Positions 23,426 through 35,305 are shown, counted from the first letter of the whole stretch. The stretch: 57,560 bases of DNA, filler included, from Squatina squatina (GCA_031763465.1; 4 parts of 4 records of this genome joined end to end with filler, not necessarily neighbours in it); one strand, 5' to 3'. Made by a program: numbers and translations. The notes: a model not told the origin generated them from the letters alone.

Positions 23426-24229
23426 GTTCCTGTTGGCACCTGTGGAATTGTACNNNNNNNNNNNNNNNNNNNNNNNNNNNNNNNNNNNNNNNNNNNNNNN
23501 NNNNNNNNNNNNNNNNNNNNNNNNNNNNNNNNNNNNNNNNNNNNNNNNNNNNNGCAGAGTTGTCAAGCTTGAAGCTGCAGTATGGACAATTACAATGCCT
23601 GGCCTTGCTCAGCGGAGGCAGTCTCAGTCCTGAACCTAACCCTCACTGAGACCTGTTTCGGAGCACCTGTAAAATCACTCCAGTGACTGAGATTTTAAAA
23701 GGTGAAAATAAGGCACAGAAGCTTTAAAGTGTTCTTGATATATTAAGAGCATTAATTAATTACAAAATTAGGTTTTTAAAAAGTTTACCCTGTTTTGCAT
23801 GCAAATATGTTACGTGCCCATGAAACACATAAGATGCTATTGTTTTATTTAACATAATATTAAAGTAAGCATGCTGTGCCCTGCAGAATTAAAGGGGCAA
23901 TGTCATTTAATCTGCACAGACTCATTCAAATGCTGAGCCTGAATCATGGCACCGAGTCTCATGGCAAGAGAAATGCCATAGTCCTGTACACTAGCTCTTA
24001 GCTGTTGCAGAGCATCATTTCATACAGGACGTCTTACCTTAAAGCAGCCACTCAGAAATTTCAGCCTGTGACGCAATTATTTTTTTCCGCGTAAACTGTT
24101 GAACACTGCTCCCTTATAGTCACTTGCCAGGATCTTGTGGAAAGTTAAAAAAGCAGAGCACAGCAGCTATGATGGGCAATGGTGCAGAATACAACTCTGC
24201 TTAGTGGGCTTGGGCTGTATTAGGAGAAA

Positions 24230-24360
24230 ATATTATGCAGATTAGATTCGGGGTGAGATGAAGAGGGGTGGGAGGAGGCTCATGTGGAACATAAACACCA
24301 GCATGGACCTATTGGGCCGAATGGCCTGTTTCTGTGCTGTAAATACTTGGTAATACTTTG
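24230..24360 (+). mobile_element. CR1 3' tail
   Basis: gggtgagatgaagaggggtgggaggaggctc...ttgggccgaatggcctgtttctgtgctgta. Confidence 0.8.
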
Positions 24361-24615
24361 TAAAGGTAAATGTATTAACTGAAAGGGATTGACGTTATTC
24401 TTTTTGCAAATTTATCCGTTTTCTCTTGTAGATTATGGTCCACTCTCGGATATACTGTCAAATTAGCAATTATAAAGCTCTATTTTTTTCCAGAGATTGC
24501 TAGATTTCATGAAACAATTTTTGTAACTGTATCGTCATCAACTAAATGGAGAAAGGTTGGAAAAAAAATATTGCATTGAGAACTGAGCAATGTTCCACCT
24601 TTTCTTTTTACACAG

Positions 24616-24718
24616 TTCCTCAAGTCCTCAAAAGCTGTGCCGAATTCATTGAGAAACATGGCATTGTAGACGGGGTCTACAGGCTCTCAGGGATTACGTC
24701 CAACATTCAGAGGCTGAG
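24616..24718 (+). CDS. ARHGAP31: ARHGAP31 coding exon 2 (RhoGAP domain with the arginine finger)
   Basis: tttttacacag|...|gtaagg; 103 nt; splices in frame to exon 1; (V)PQVLKSCAEFIEKHGIVDGVYRLSGITSNIQRL(R). Confidence 0.95.
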
Positions 24719-24995
24719 GTAAGGTATCACCGGCAGCTGATTCACATGGTTTTATTAGCCTGAAATTACAGTAGCGTGACTTGGGTTTAGAACAGCACTC
24801 CACATTTAAATTCCTCAAAGGTGAGGAAAGTTTTCTCCTCAGATGTGAATCGGTACAGGTGCACCGTGTTTGACCTTGCAGAGTTGTCAAGCTTGNNNNN
24901 NNNNNNNNNNNNNNNNNNNNNNNNNNNNNNNNNNNNNNNNNNNNNNNNNNNNNNNNNNNNNNNNNNNNNNNNNNNNNNNNNNNNNNNNNNNNNNN

Positions 24996-25048
24996 TGAAC
25001 GGAGATGTTCTGCAAAGCGGTCACCCAAGCTGCGTTTGGTCTCCCCCA
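24996..25048 (-). mobile_element. Penelope-like GIY-YIG fragment
   Basis: GETKRSLGDRFAEHLRS. Confidence 0.8.
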
Positions 25049-25594
25049 CTGTCGAGTGTCAAATTACCCCCAATGACTCCGTGGGATTGATTACCTCCGT
25101 CTCGCCACTGAATGAAAACAAGTTGAAACTCTGACCTGGAAAAGCCATTGCATACTTACTGAGACCATTATGGCACAATATTAAAGTTACCATTCAACGG
25201 CTCCAAAGCAAGCTTGAAAATGAGATCATCTCCAGACAGCCAAACTCTCTTCAGAACTTTTTCACTGGGACCAGATGCAAATGACCCAAAGTTGTTTGAG
25301 TGACTAATTCAAGTTTTCAAATCTAATTTTAGAATAAACTGTTAGACCAATGTTATGACATTGTTTATAAACAGAACAGATCAATGTGTGGTCTGACGGA
25401 TACACTAACTCAAACCTTCTCCATCCTGAGGCCCCGCTCAGGCAGCATTGTAAAATCAAGGCTTACCAGTGTGTGGAGTTAATAGCAAAATCTGCCTATG
25501 GCCCGTCAAACATCATGGGGGGAATTTAACCCATGCCTGTGGAGCAGAAGCAGCTGTGTTCTCTGTGGTCAACAGGGAACCAGTCTACCGACAC

Positions 25595-25900
25595 GAGAGG
25601 TCTTCTGACTTTGGCGTATTTTGCATCTCCTCCAACCTTAGCCATCGCCATTGATACCAGAGGCTTCAACCATCATGTCCTCACACTCTGGAATTCTCTT
25701 CCTAAACCCGTCCACCTTTCTCCAACTCTCCCATCTTCAGAAATACTTTCTCAGAACTCCTAGACCTCCCTCCCCTAACTCTTCTCCTATTTGGTTCTCG
25801 TAGCTCACCTCCCCCTCCCCCTCCACAAACACACTTCCTGTAAAATAACTTGGGACATTTTGCCAGATTGAAGGCACTATATAGAGCAGATTTGCCTTTT
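25595..25900 (+). mobile_element. L2 LINE 3' fragment
   Basis: IDTRGFNH...TLWNSLPKP and tail aaggcactatatagagcag. Confidence 0.65.
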
Positions 25901-26551
25901 CATTCAGTTCCCAGATGCAGTGAAGAGGATGTGGGGGTGGAGACGCTTTGTATCCAGTCTCTGCCCCCACAACTCATAATTTCTACAGACTCCCCAAAAT
26001 AACATAACTGGTCCTGCGTCTGGTGTGGGCACAGGCCCAGCATAAGTGTTGTATAAGAATGGGAGGGATATTGCCCGTCTCCGGTCTCACTTTCCTCTCT
26101 GTACCCGTGGGACACCCAGAGAAGCCGCCTGGTGGGAGTGTTTGCTCTGGGGCAGCCTGGAGTTTCTCCGGGGGGTGGGGGTTTGGAGGGCACCTAGAAA
26201 ATCTAGGGAGCCAGAATTCCCACCTTCCCCGATCAACCAGAATGGTGTTCGTGACCAGGACTGCTGCTGACCTTAGCACAAGNNNNNNNNNNNNNNNNNN
26301 NNNNNNNNNNNNNNNNNNNNNNNNNNNNNNNNNNNNNNNNNNNNNNNNNNNNNNNNNNNNNNNNNNNNNNNNNNNNNNNNNNNNNNNNNNNNNNNNNNNN
26401 NNNNNNNNNNNNNNNNNNNNNNNNNNNNNNNNNNNNNNNNNNNNNNNNNNNNNNNNNNNNNNNNNNNNNNNNNNNNNNNNNNNNNNNNNNNNNNNNNNNN
26501 NNNNNNNNNNNNNNNNNNNNNNNNNNNNNNNNNNNNNNNNNNNNNNNNNNN

Positions 26552-26812
26552 CATAGGAGCGTTATTAAACAGAATTGGACACTGAGCCACATAAGGAGCT
26601 ATTAGGACAGATGGCCAAAAGCTTGGTGAAAGAGGTCAGTTTTAAGGAGTGTTTTAAAGGAGGAGGGAGAGGTAGTGGAGGTTCAGGAAGGGAATTCCAG
26701 AGCTTAGAGCCTAGGCAGCTGAAAGTACGGCTGTCAATGCTGGAGCAATTAAAATTGGGGATGCACAAGAGGCCAGAATTGGAGGAATGCAGAGATCTTG
26801 GAGCGTTGTAGA
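26552..26812 (-). mobile_element. L2 LINE 3' end
   Basis: RSLHSSNSGLLCIPNF...RTFSCLGSKLWNSLPEP. Confidence 0.85.
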
Positions 26813-27090
26813 GCTGGCTGCAAGTATTATGTAATCTACAGCAGCATATATTCTGTATTGCAACATGACCCAAAACAGCACATAAAGACACGAAATAAAA
26901 CTAATCTTAACAAAAATCTACTTAGAAGTGAAAGGATCCCGAGGGAAATTCAGGTCCAAAACAGGATAAGAATGAAGAAAAATGGAACTAGATCATTATT
27001 TCTGTGTTGGTTATCAATGTTCAGTTCTGAAATGTGATATAATAATCAACTCTATAATATGGCATTTACAACCATGTATTTTTTCCACAG

Positions 27091-27236
27091 ATCAAAAGAA
27101 ATAGAGGGGTCTGGATATAACAATGATGCTGCATTTCTGGAGGTGCGAGTTCAGTCCATTGTTATCGAATTCATCTTGAATCATGTCCATCAGCTCTTCA
27201 GTAGCAACACAGTCCAGCCTGGGCAGGACACTGAAG
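27091..27236 (+). CDS. ARHGAP31: ARHGAP31 internal exon (end of RhoGAP domain, equivalent to human exon 6)
   Basis: ttttttccacag|...|gtagga; 146 nt; (R)SKEIEGSGYNNDAAFLEVRVQSIVIEFILNHVHQLFSSNTVQPGQDTE matches the ARHGAP30/31 motif RSKEIE...AAFL.VRVQ..VIEFILNHV.Q.F. Confidence 0.9.
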
Positions 27237-27539
27237 GTAGGATTGAAACAACAACAATTTGGTCTCCAACCCCCACCATCCCCAACCCCAAGTGATCAGT
27301 GAATGTGTCAGGTGATGTGATGCTGAGTGGTTCAGCCCAGGCCCCTGTTGAGTTGACTGATCTCTATCAGAACAAGTAAAGAAAGAGCTTGCATTTCTAG
27401 TGTGCCTTATCACCTCCTCAGGGCCTCCCAAAGCACTTAAGTGCCAATTAACTACTTTTGAAATGCAGTCACTGTTGTTATATAACAAGTGGCAAACAAA
27501 GATGTTCCAGTTGGCTGCATATGCCCTAGTCTAGGGAGG

Positions 27540-27639
27540 NNNNNNNNNNNNNNNNNNNNNNNNNNNNNNNNNNNNNNNNNNNNTTAATTAATTAANNNNN
27601 NNNNNNNNNNNNNNNNNNNNNNNNNNNNNNNNNNNNNNN
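27540..27639. other. artificial scaffold linker
   Basis: TTAATTAATTAA at 27584-27595 within Ns. Confidence 0.95.
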
Positions 27640-28699
27640 TCCGCAGTATTTCGCTTTTGTAAGAAATCAACAAATGTTTGCAGTAAATTATAGCAAAGAA
27701 GAATACAAATGGCATCATAAAAAAAAATTGTATTAACAATAATTTCTGTCAAAGTAAAATCAACTATAATTATTGTAAATAAATAGTACTACCACCATTA
27801 ACAATGTGGATGTGTCAACATCCTCTATTTACAGAAGAACAAAATTACCAAACATTCCTTCTGAATTTTTTTTATAAACCTACCACATATATGGTCGATG
27901 TTACTAATTGGAACTGCCTGTGAAGGGTTTTCTGCTTCAAGAGCATACATCAAGATTTTGGGCAGGAAGGTCAACATGCCCTGCAGGATTTTCTATCCAT
28001 TAATTTTAATGGAGGGACAAACCTGCTGGGCTTGCTGACCTCTGCACCTGAATTCCCAATATGTGCTCCCAGAGTGCAAAGCTCCACACTGGGAGTTTGA
28101 ATTAATAAAACGTGCCCTTATAAAGTGTCTCAGTTTTAAGAGTTGCAAATTAAATATCTGTTGGCAGTTACATTCAAACAGGATCCTGATACTGAATGTA
28201 TCACAAAACTGCCATGAAGCCTTCACTCTCAACTGAGTGGACTGGCTTGAATTAACACTGTCTTATACAGCAATGATTGCTCTGTTAGGGTTCAGCTTAA
28301 GACTTTGGTGATGCAGCGATGCCAGGAATCAATCACTGCAAGTGATCTGTGCTGTGTTTAACATAGGAGGGCTTAAAGTTGAACCATTATGATCACTTAT
28401 GTCCATATGGTCAATGTTAGATATAGGGATCAAAATCAAAGCACCAGGGCAACATTTAACCACAATTGCCATCACTCATCTGCTTGTCTCCCTCCATTAT
28501 ACTAGCTCAGTGTTGTTGGTTGAAGACGTTACCATTCTTCATGGCATAAAAAGTCAAGGTATCAGCCTGTGCACATATCTAATGCCAATTTCTATAACTT
28601 TAACAGAGTTTAATTTCTTCTGATAGTGTATTGATTAATGCGCTTAAGTAAAATTTCTCTGTGTTCTATTTTATTGCAGTTGCTAACTTGTTTACAATA

Positions 28700-29028
28700 A
28701 AGAAAAAAGACTTACATTTATTAGTAGTAACTATTCCATCTCAAATGAACCACTTTGAAATTCAGGCTATGTATTCAGCCACCTTACACAAGTTCCCCCA
28801 CAAAGAATGAGATGAGCGACTAGTTGATAAGGTTTTGGTGATGGGAAGAATGTTAGTCTGGACTCCTAGAGAACACCCTGCTCTCCTTTTGAATAGTGCC
28901 AAGGGAAGTTTCCCATCCACCCTAACAGACATGACAGGGACTCAATTTTAACATCTCAGCCAAAAGACAGCACCTCAAACAATCCAACACTCTATTACAT
29001 CTGTGCTGGTGAGTCAGTCTAGATATTA
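28700..29028 (-). mobile_element. old DeuSINE/SacSINE1-like copy
   Basis: Degenerate reverse-complement match to 50395-50600 and 56433-56615. Confidence 0.6.
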
Positions 29029-29994
29029 NNNNNNNNNNNNNNNNNNNNNNNNNNNNNNNNNNNNNNNNNNNNNNNNNNNNNNNNNNNNNNNNNNNNNNNN
29101 NNNNNNNNNNNNNNNNNNNNNNNNNNNNTATCTACTTTCTCATAGATGTGCTATAAAATTTAAATGTAAAAAGAACTGAATTTTCACCAACTTGCTTGAT
29201 CTTCTCCTCCACTTCCTCTGCCTTGTTTCTGGGCCATGGTTCAAAAAAATGTTTCTAATATCTGCAGAAATTTTCCTGGCATTTCTTTTTTAGAAAATAT
29301 CCACTTTATGAAAATTAACTTTAAATCACAAGAGTTGAAAAAAAGATACAGACAAAAATTGGTTTTAGAAAGGGGCTGTATTATAGATCAAGACAATTAC
29401 TTCAGAACATTTACATTTCTAAAACAAACTGGACCATGATAAAAGGATTCCAAAATTTTCCAATGTCTTAATATCAAAAATCTGCGTCAAATGTTAACAC
29501 TAAGCATGCGACTTGTACGTGCCACACAAAGGAATGAATGAGCTATTCATTCTGCACTGACACATTTCTAGTCTTACCTTCCTGTTATTTTTCTTGGCGG
29601 CTCACTGCTCATACCAGATATTTTTAAATCTGTATTTGTTTCTATAGTTTTTGCTTACCAAAACGTTTCTGATGCTCAAATTTCATACTTCTTCCTATGG
29701 TGACTGGAATGTTTAACTTACTGCTGTGTCGGCTAGAACAAGAGTGATGATAATGTGGTTCTTTTTATAGTCATTGCAACGTGAACATAAATGTTCATAT
29801 CTTGAGAGTCAAATGAAAACATATTGTAATCTATATTCCCTCCCATTTAAATTTTTTAAGGATAATCTTAAAAGCAAGATTTATGTTACAAAATGTATCC
29901 TCAGAATACTAAGCAGGTATACTTCAGTCAGTGTTGGTTCCTGACTGCATATAACCTTTCCATTGTTGTTTCAGGCTTGCGGACATTGTTGTTT

Positions 29995-30043
29995 CGGGCT
30001 TGCGTGGATTCTTCAGCGCAGTCAAGACCATCTACGGCCAAAC
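29995..30043 (+). mobile_element. RTE LINE fragment
   Basis: RGFFSAVKTIYG motif typical of RTE ORFs; cut by a gap. Confidence 0.5.
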
Positions 30044-30879
30044 ANNNNNNNNNNNNNNNNNNNNNNNNNNNNNNNNNNNNNNNNNNNNNNNNNNNNNNNN
30101 NNNNNNNNNNNNNNNNNNNNNNNNNNNNNNNNNNNNNNNNNNNNGCTATTAATCTCCAGAGTTAAACCTTGTCAAAAGATTTTTGAAAATCCAAGTCTGC
30201 AACATTTGCTGCATTTCAGCTATTCATCATGACAGAATGATCTTTGACAAACTGCAGCAGGTTATTCAAGCATGGCCCCCTTTTCTGAATCCAAGCTGGC
30301 TCTTTATCAAGCTCTATTTTTTCAGGTGTGTTTCACTAATTCCCTTGAAAATTATTTTGAAGATTTTCCACTTCAACAGATCCTAAACAAACCACCTGTG
30401 GTTTCCAGGTGTGATTTCTGGTCCGTTTTTTAAAATAAAGCAATAGAGTTGTATTTGTCATGTTCCAATCCTCAACAATATTTCCCTGCTTTCTGACAAA
30501 TCATTTACAAATCAAGAGATTCTGGTTTTACTCTTTTCATTAAGGTTATTTATAAATACTGGTTGATACTGTTACATTGCTGTGGGCAGTCAGCGTCGCC
30601 ATAGTTAGTTGCTCGGATGAAGCTGCATTTAATCTGACCTGTCCATTTAAGGGCAAAGCTCAGGTGCACCCTGTGTGGATGAGTGCTAACTAAGCACATC
30701 CTGAGATCAACTATAGACAAATCGCCAATGAAAGGCTATAGATGGGTAGTTGCTTATAAATCCCTGGATCCAGCTCTTGGGTAGAGGTCAGGCTATTAAG
30801 GTTAGAAAAAGGCAATGACTGGATTTCTTTCACTTTTTTATGCTTTTGACACTGAAGCATGGAATCTGAAATGTGAGAG

Positions 30880-31195
30880 ATACAGGGCTCTTAGATATAA
30901 ATAGATTGTGAACAGGCAGGATTGAATCCTGAGGCACTCCCCTGGTCACAGCTGTCTAATTAGACCAGCAAAATAAATCACTTCCCCTTGTTTCTCATTA
31001 TTTAGCCAATTTACTTCTTCCTCCTTTATCCCAAGAGCTTTGGCCCTGCCTACAGGTTTCTGTGGGGAACCTTGTCAAATACCATCTGATAGTCTTGATA
31101 AATAACACACATTGCAGTACCGTTACCCACTAATTCTAATACAACCTCAAAAATTCTATTAAACTTTTCAAGCATTCTTTCATAAACTTTTTTTT
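30880..31195 (-). mobile_element. decayed CR1 reverse transcriptase
   Basis: CVIYQDYQMVFDKVPHR, a degenerate DVVYLDFQKAFDKVPH. Confidence 0.75.
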
Positions 31196-31304
31196 TTTTT
31201 AAAANNNNNNNNNNNNNNNNNNNNNNNNNNNNNNNNNNNNNNNNNNNNNNNNNNNNNNNNNNNNNNNNNNNNNNNNNNNNNNNNNNNNNNNNNNNNNNNN
31301 NNNN

Positions 31305-31489
31305 CTGTGCACGGTGATCACTGTGCACCGGCGAGAGTGGGACGCTGTGTGTCAGTGTCTCCACAAACCGCAGGCTGAATTCCAACGCAACTGGCGGGAG
31401 TGGCACAGGCCACTGCAAAGACCTTAACCCCCGGCTAGCGCCTTTTGGAGGCACGAACCGGGCGAGTTAGAAAGGGGAATTTCGCCCCC
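31305..31489. mobile_element. Harbinger-type MITE right end
   Basis: CpG-rich tract ending ggggaatttcgccccc. Confidence 0.5.
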
Positions 31490-32596
31490 GTGGAAACTTA
31501 AAACTTTAGGAATTAGTTCTAGTTAGTGATCATAGTAAGTAACCAGTGCTGCCCACTTTTTGATTCCTAACAGTTCTTTTCAGCTGGAAATGGCCAGGCT
31601 ATTCTCCAGCAATTAAAATATGTATTTGAAACAATGAGAATTTAGCCTGAACAAATATGCAACAGATGTGAATTAATTTTTCTTGGAACATACAATCGTT
31701 CCAAATTTTCAGTAGCCCTTCTATGAGACTGTTTTCATTCAGTACTCTTTACCTTTTATTCCTCTGTCTTCTACATGTTTTAAAATTGAATATGGTATCT
31801 AACTTATATAGAACCTTTAGTTTTCACACTAATTACCACAGTGTAATGTTGACATTAACTTGCTGTCTAATCCTGTGAGGATGCCTACAATGCTGCTATA
31901 AGGAAATGAACCATTAGGAGTACATGTGTCACCTGAAGCAGTGAACCATTTATTTACAGCTGTAAAAACACGGGCGAGCTCATGATTTAGTGCCCCTGTG
32001 AGATAATCCGTTATTGCTGGGTGCTTTGCTTACCTGACGGTTCCGTATAAAACAACAAGTTTTGGGTCACATTAATAGGATGCTTATCAAAGTGCTCAAA
32101 CAAATATTAAAGAGTAATACTTGATGTGCATCTAATTGTCAGATGCCAGCAAATGATGTGCAACCATTGCTGGTACAATTACGCTGCCTGATTAGCTCTG
32201 AGAATGCATCTCAATTGGAAAAGAATTATTTATCAAGAATGTTATGTGCAGTTCAGGCCAGTGGTCTTGTGGTACACTGCTTGCCTCACACATTTTAGTT
32301 GTAGGTTTCAATTCCTGTGGGACTAGACATTCCAGACTGTTTACTGAATGTTTGACGGTTTTTGTCAGTTGCCACACAGTGTGATGTCCGATGCAAGGCA
32401 GTACTGTTAAACTCCCACTGCTGGCTCGTGGGCCTTGATTCCAAAGGTGAGTTCTAATCAATCCAAGAATGTGTGATATAACGCAAAATAAACTCAAATG
32501 CAGTGTTTAAGGGTACCTAGAAATGTTAAGACAGGCAGTTCTAAGGAATATACTGAAAAGGAATAAACATTTGAAACAGTAAACTGTTTTGCTTTT

Positions 32597-32633
32597 GTTC
32601 TGACGAAGGGTCATCGACCCGAAACGTTGACTC
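32597..32633 (+). ncRNA. minimal type I hammerhead ribozyme motif in a Penelope-like end
   Basis: CUGACGA-a-GGGUC(auc)GACCC-GAAAC-GUU: both core boxes, 5-bp stem II, palindromic AACGUU in place of stem III. Confidence 0.7.
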
Positions 32634-33656
32634 TGTTTTTCTCTCCACAGATGCTGCCTGACCTGCTGAGNNNNNNNNNNNNNNNNNNNNNNNNNNNNNN
32701 NNNNNNNNNNNNNNNNNNNNNNNNNNNNNNNNNNNNNNNNNNNNNNNNNNNNNNNNNNNNNNNNNNNNNNATTGATGGTCCCAGCCCTTGAAAAGGTGAC
32801 ATGTAGTCATGCTGTGTTTTATGATATCACAGGCCAGTAGATGTCACCATATCTGCAGTTCAGGTGCGTGGCTGGGTTTACAGAGTGTGTGCCATACCGA
32901 ATGATAGTATTCCATTTCCTACAATAAAAGGATATATAAACCTCTTCTCATATATAATTTAATAAATTTATACTTGGATCACTCGTCTGTCTTCTATTTC
33001 TTTAAATTACTAGCTGTACCATACAAGCTTGAGAAGGGCGCTTTTTCAATAGTTAACCTTTTGCCCTCATCCAACTAATTGCAGCTTTAAATGGCAGTTC
33101 GTTTTAATGATAAAAAGCTGGGTACAGGAAAGAGTCAAGACCTTTTCAGTAGATTAATTAGCTGGCTCATTATTCATTCATTTTATTTTCAATAAATCAA
33201 TGATTATAACACTATGGAAAATGAAATAAAACATGTAATTTAAGTCTGTCAGATCTTTTATAGACCCCCAAGTGCATCAATAAAGTCAAGGATAAAATGT
33301 TATTTAAAGTGCAAAAATGCAATATGGTTACTTTAATGAAGTAAGCATATTAATTTGAGAGGCGAACTAAAGTCCAGCACTGAAAGCATTCATCTGATTC
33401 CATTACCTACTCATCTCTCTGTACTCTGAGTGGTTCTTATTTACATGGTTAAAGCTCATCTCTCTGGGATCATTTTCCTTTAAGTAATGAAATTGTTACT
33501 GCCCTCTTGGAGCGCTAAAGCGGAAGTTCCCATCAGAATCAAATCTTTGTTGAGGTNNNNNNNNNNNNNNNNNNNNNNNNNNNNNNNNNNNNNNNNNNNN
33601 NNNNNNNNNNNNNNNNNNNNNNNNNNNNNNNNNNNNNNNNNNNNNNNNNNNNNNNN

Positions 33657-33776
33657 GCTCCGAATCTCCAGCTCAGGGGGGCAGAAGATCCCAAACTCCC
33701 GTTGGATAAGTACATAATTTTTTTTGCGATTGGAGGCGTCCGCATGCAGCAAGCCTCCAATCGCAATTTCAGGCCC
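33657..33776. mobile_element. Harbinger-type MITE right end with subterminal hairpin
   Basis: Perfect 14-bp inverted repeat at 33724-33737 and 33753-33766, then tttcaggccc. Confidence 0.7.
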
Positions 33777-34409
33777 AATAGCATTCAAAATAGTTGCAAC
33801 ACTATCTTACCTGCCAAATGTGTGATACTTCTTTCAAATAACATTGAAAAAAAATAAAACCTTGTATTTATATGAAGTACTTTGACAAAGATCATTTACG
33901 GGTAGAGCAGAGTTCAGCGGGCGGATGATGTTCGTGGTTAGCACAAGTAGCCACCTGGGAATATGCATTTACACAGCCCATCCTTGGAGACACAGATATT
34001 CACATTATTGTGATCAAGGTAAGCACTCTTACAAATTAGCTAACCATGGCTGGCCCCATGAGACAGGAGATCAATATATTGATTAAGGGAAGGCAAAACA
34101 GAAAATCACATTAAATGTTAAGCCCATGATTGGTATTTCAGTCCCATACTTCATACTGACAAGCATGTATTTTCACATTTCAGTCAACATTAACTATTTG
34201 CAGCCGATGGGTTTGCTATTGATGCCTCTTATCCAGGTTCCTTTTCAAGTTGACTACATACACAATGACTTTACAACTTTTCAACATTTATTTTAGTATG
34301 TGGCTATATTATTTTGAAAGTGAACAATAATAATGTTTGCAAAATATTCATTGTAGGCCTGTTCTCCATTACGGTAAACTTTCTGGAAGTACTTTCATCA
34401 AGGCAAACA

Positions 34410-34538
34410 AGGATGCATTTTCAAAATAAAAACTGAAAATGCTGGTCATACTCAGCAAGTCAGGAAGCATCTGCGGAGAGAAAACAGTTAACATTTCAGG
34501 TCAATGAACTTTCTTCAGAACTGGAAAGAGTTTAGAGA
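34410..34538 (-). mobile_element. Penelope-like terminal repeat with a degenerate hammerhead (34485-34523)
   Basis: Reverse complement reads CAGUU-CUGAAGA-...-GAAAUGUU-AACUG; homologous to 32597-32670 and 52715-52896. Confidence 0.7.
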
Positions 34539-34649
34539 NNNNNNNNNNNNNNNNNNNNNNNNNNNNNNNNNNNNNNNNNNNNNNNNNNNNNNNNNNNNNN
34601 NNNNNNNNNNNNNNNNNNNNNNNNNNNNNNNNNNNNNNTTTTTGTTTGT

Positions 34650-35030
34650 ACAGGTCCTTCCTGCCCTAGGACTGGTCCCAATGCCCCAGGAATATTAAAC
34701 CCTCCCTCCTGCACCATTTCTCCAGCCACGCGTTAACCTCTCTTATCTTACAGCTCCTATACTCACGAGCATGTGGCACTGAGAGTAATCCAGAGGTTAC
34801 TACTTTTGAGGTCCTGCTTTTTAACTTCCTCGCGCACTCCTGAAACACTGTCTGTAGGACCTCAACCCTTTCCCTACCTATGTCATTGTGTCATTGGTTC
34901 CAACAAGGACCACGACTTCGGGCTGTTCCCCTTAGCCCTGCAAAATGTTCTGCACCCGTCCAGTGATGTCCTTTGCTGTGGCATCACAAAGGCAACACAC
35001 CATACGAGACTCACGCCGGCAGTTGCAGAC
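34650..35030 (-). mobile_element. CR1 ORF1 esterase (SGNH) fragment
   Basis: RKLKSRTSKVVTSGLLSVPHAREYR...VNAWLEKWCRREGLIFLGHWD. Confidence 0.88.
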
Positions 35031-35064
35031 TGCTGTTTTAGAGGCTGCCTGTTGAACGCGGTTT

Positions 35065-35305
35065 AGCCCCCAGTGGCTTAGTGGGCTGAGGCACTGATGT
35101 ACTGAGCTGTTACAAGGAAGGGCGCAAGTTTGATCCCCAGGTTGTCCTGTGTGAGCTGAGCTCTGCTTTTGTTGGCAGTTAGTGAACTACATTTGGTCTC
35201 AGTGCTTTGGGTCAGGGAGGGGAAACAATCAGCTGGGGCTTCATTACTGATTGCTATCCAAAGTCCCTAACAGGAAGTACATGTGTGGATGTTAGAGGAG
35301 AGCCT
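35065..35305 (+). mobile_element. old tRNA-derived SINE (LF-SINE-like)
   Basis: A-box-like gtggcttagtgg and B-box-like gtttgatcccc, followed by a GC-richer body. Confidence 0.45.

Noticed and set aside
22978-23649. 223-aa ORF
   Set aside because: Produced by CT-rich low complexity plus an N gap.
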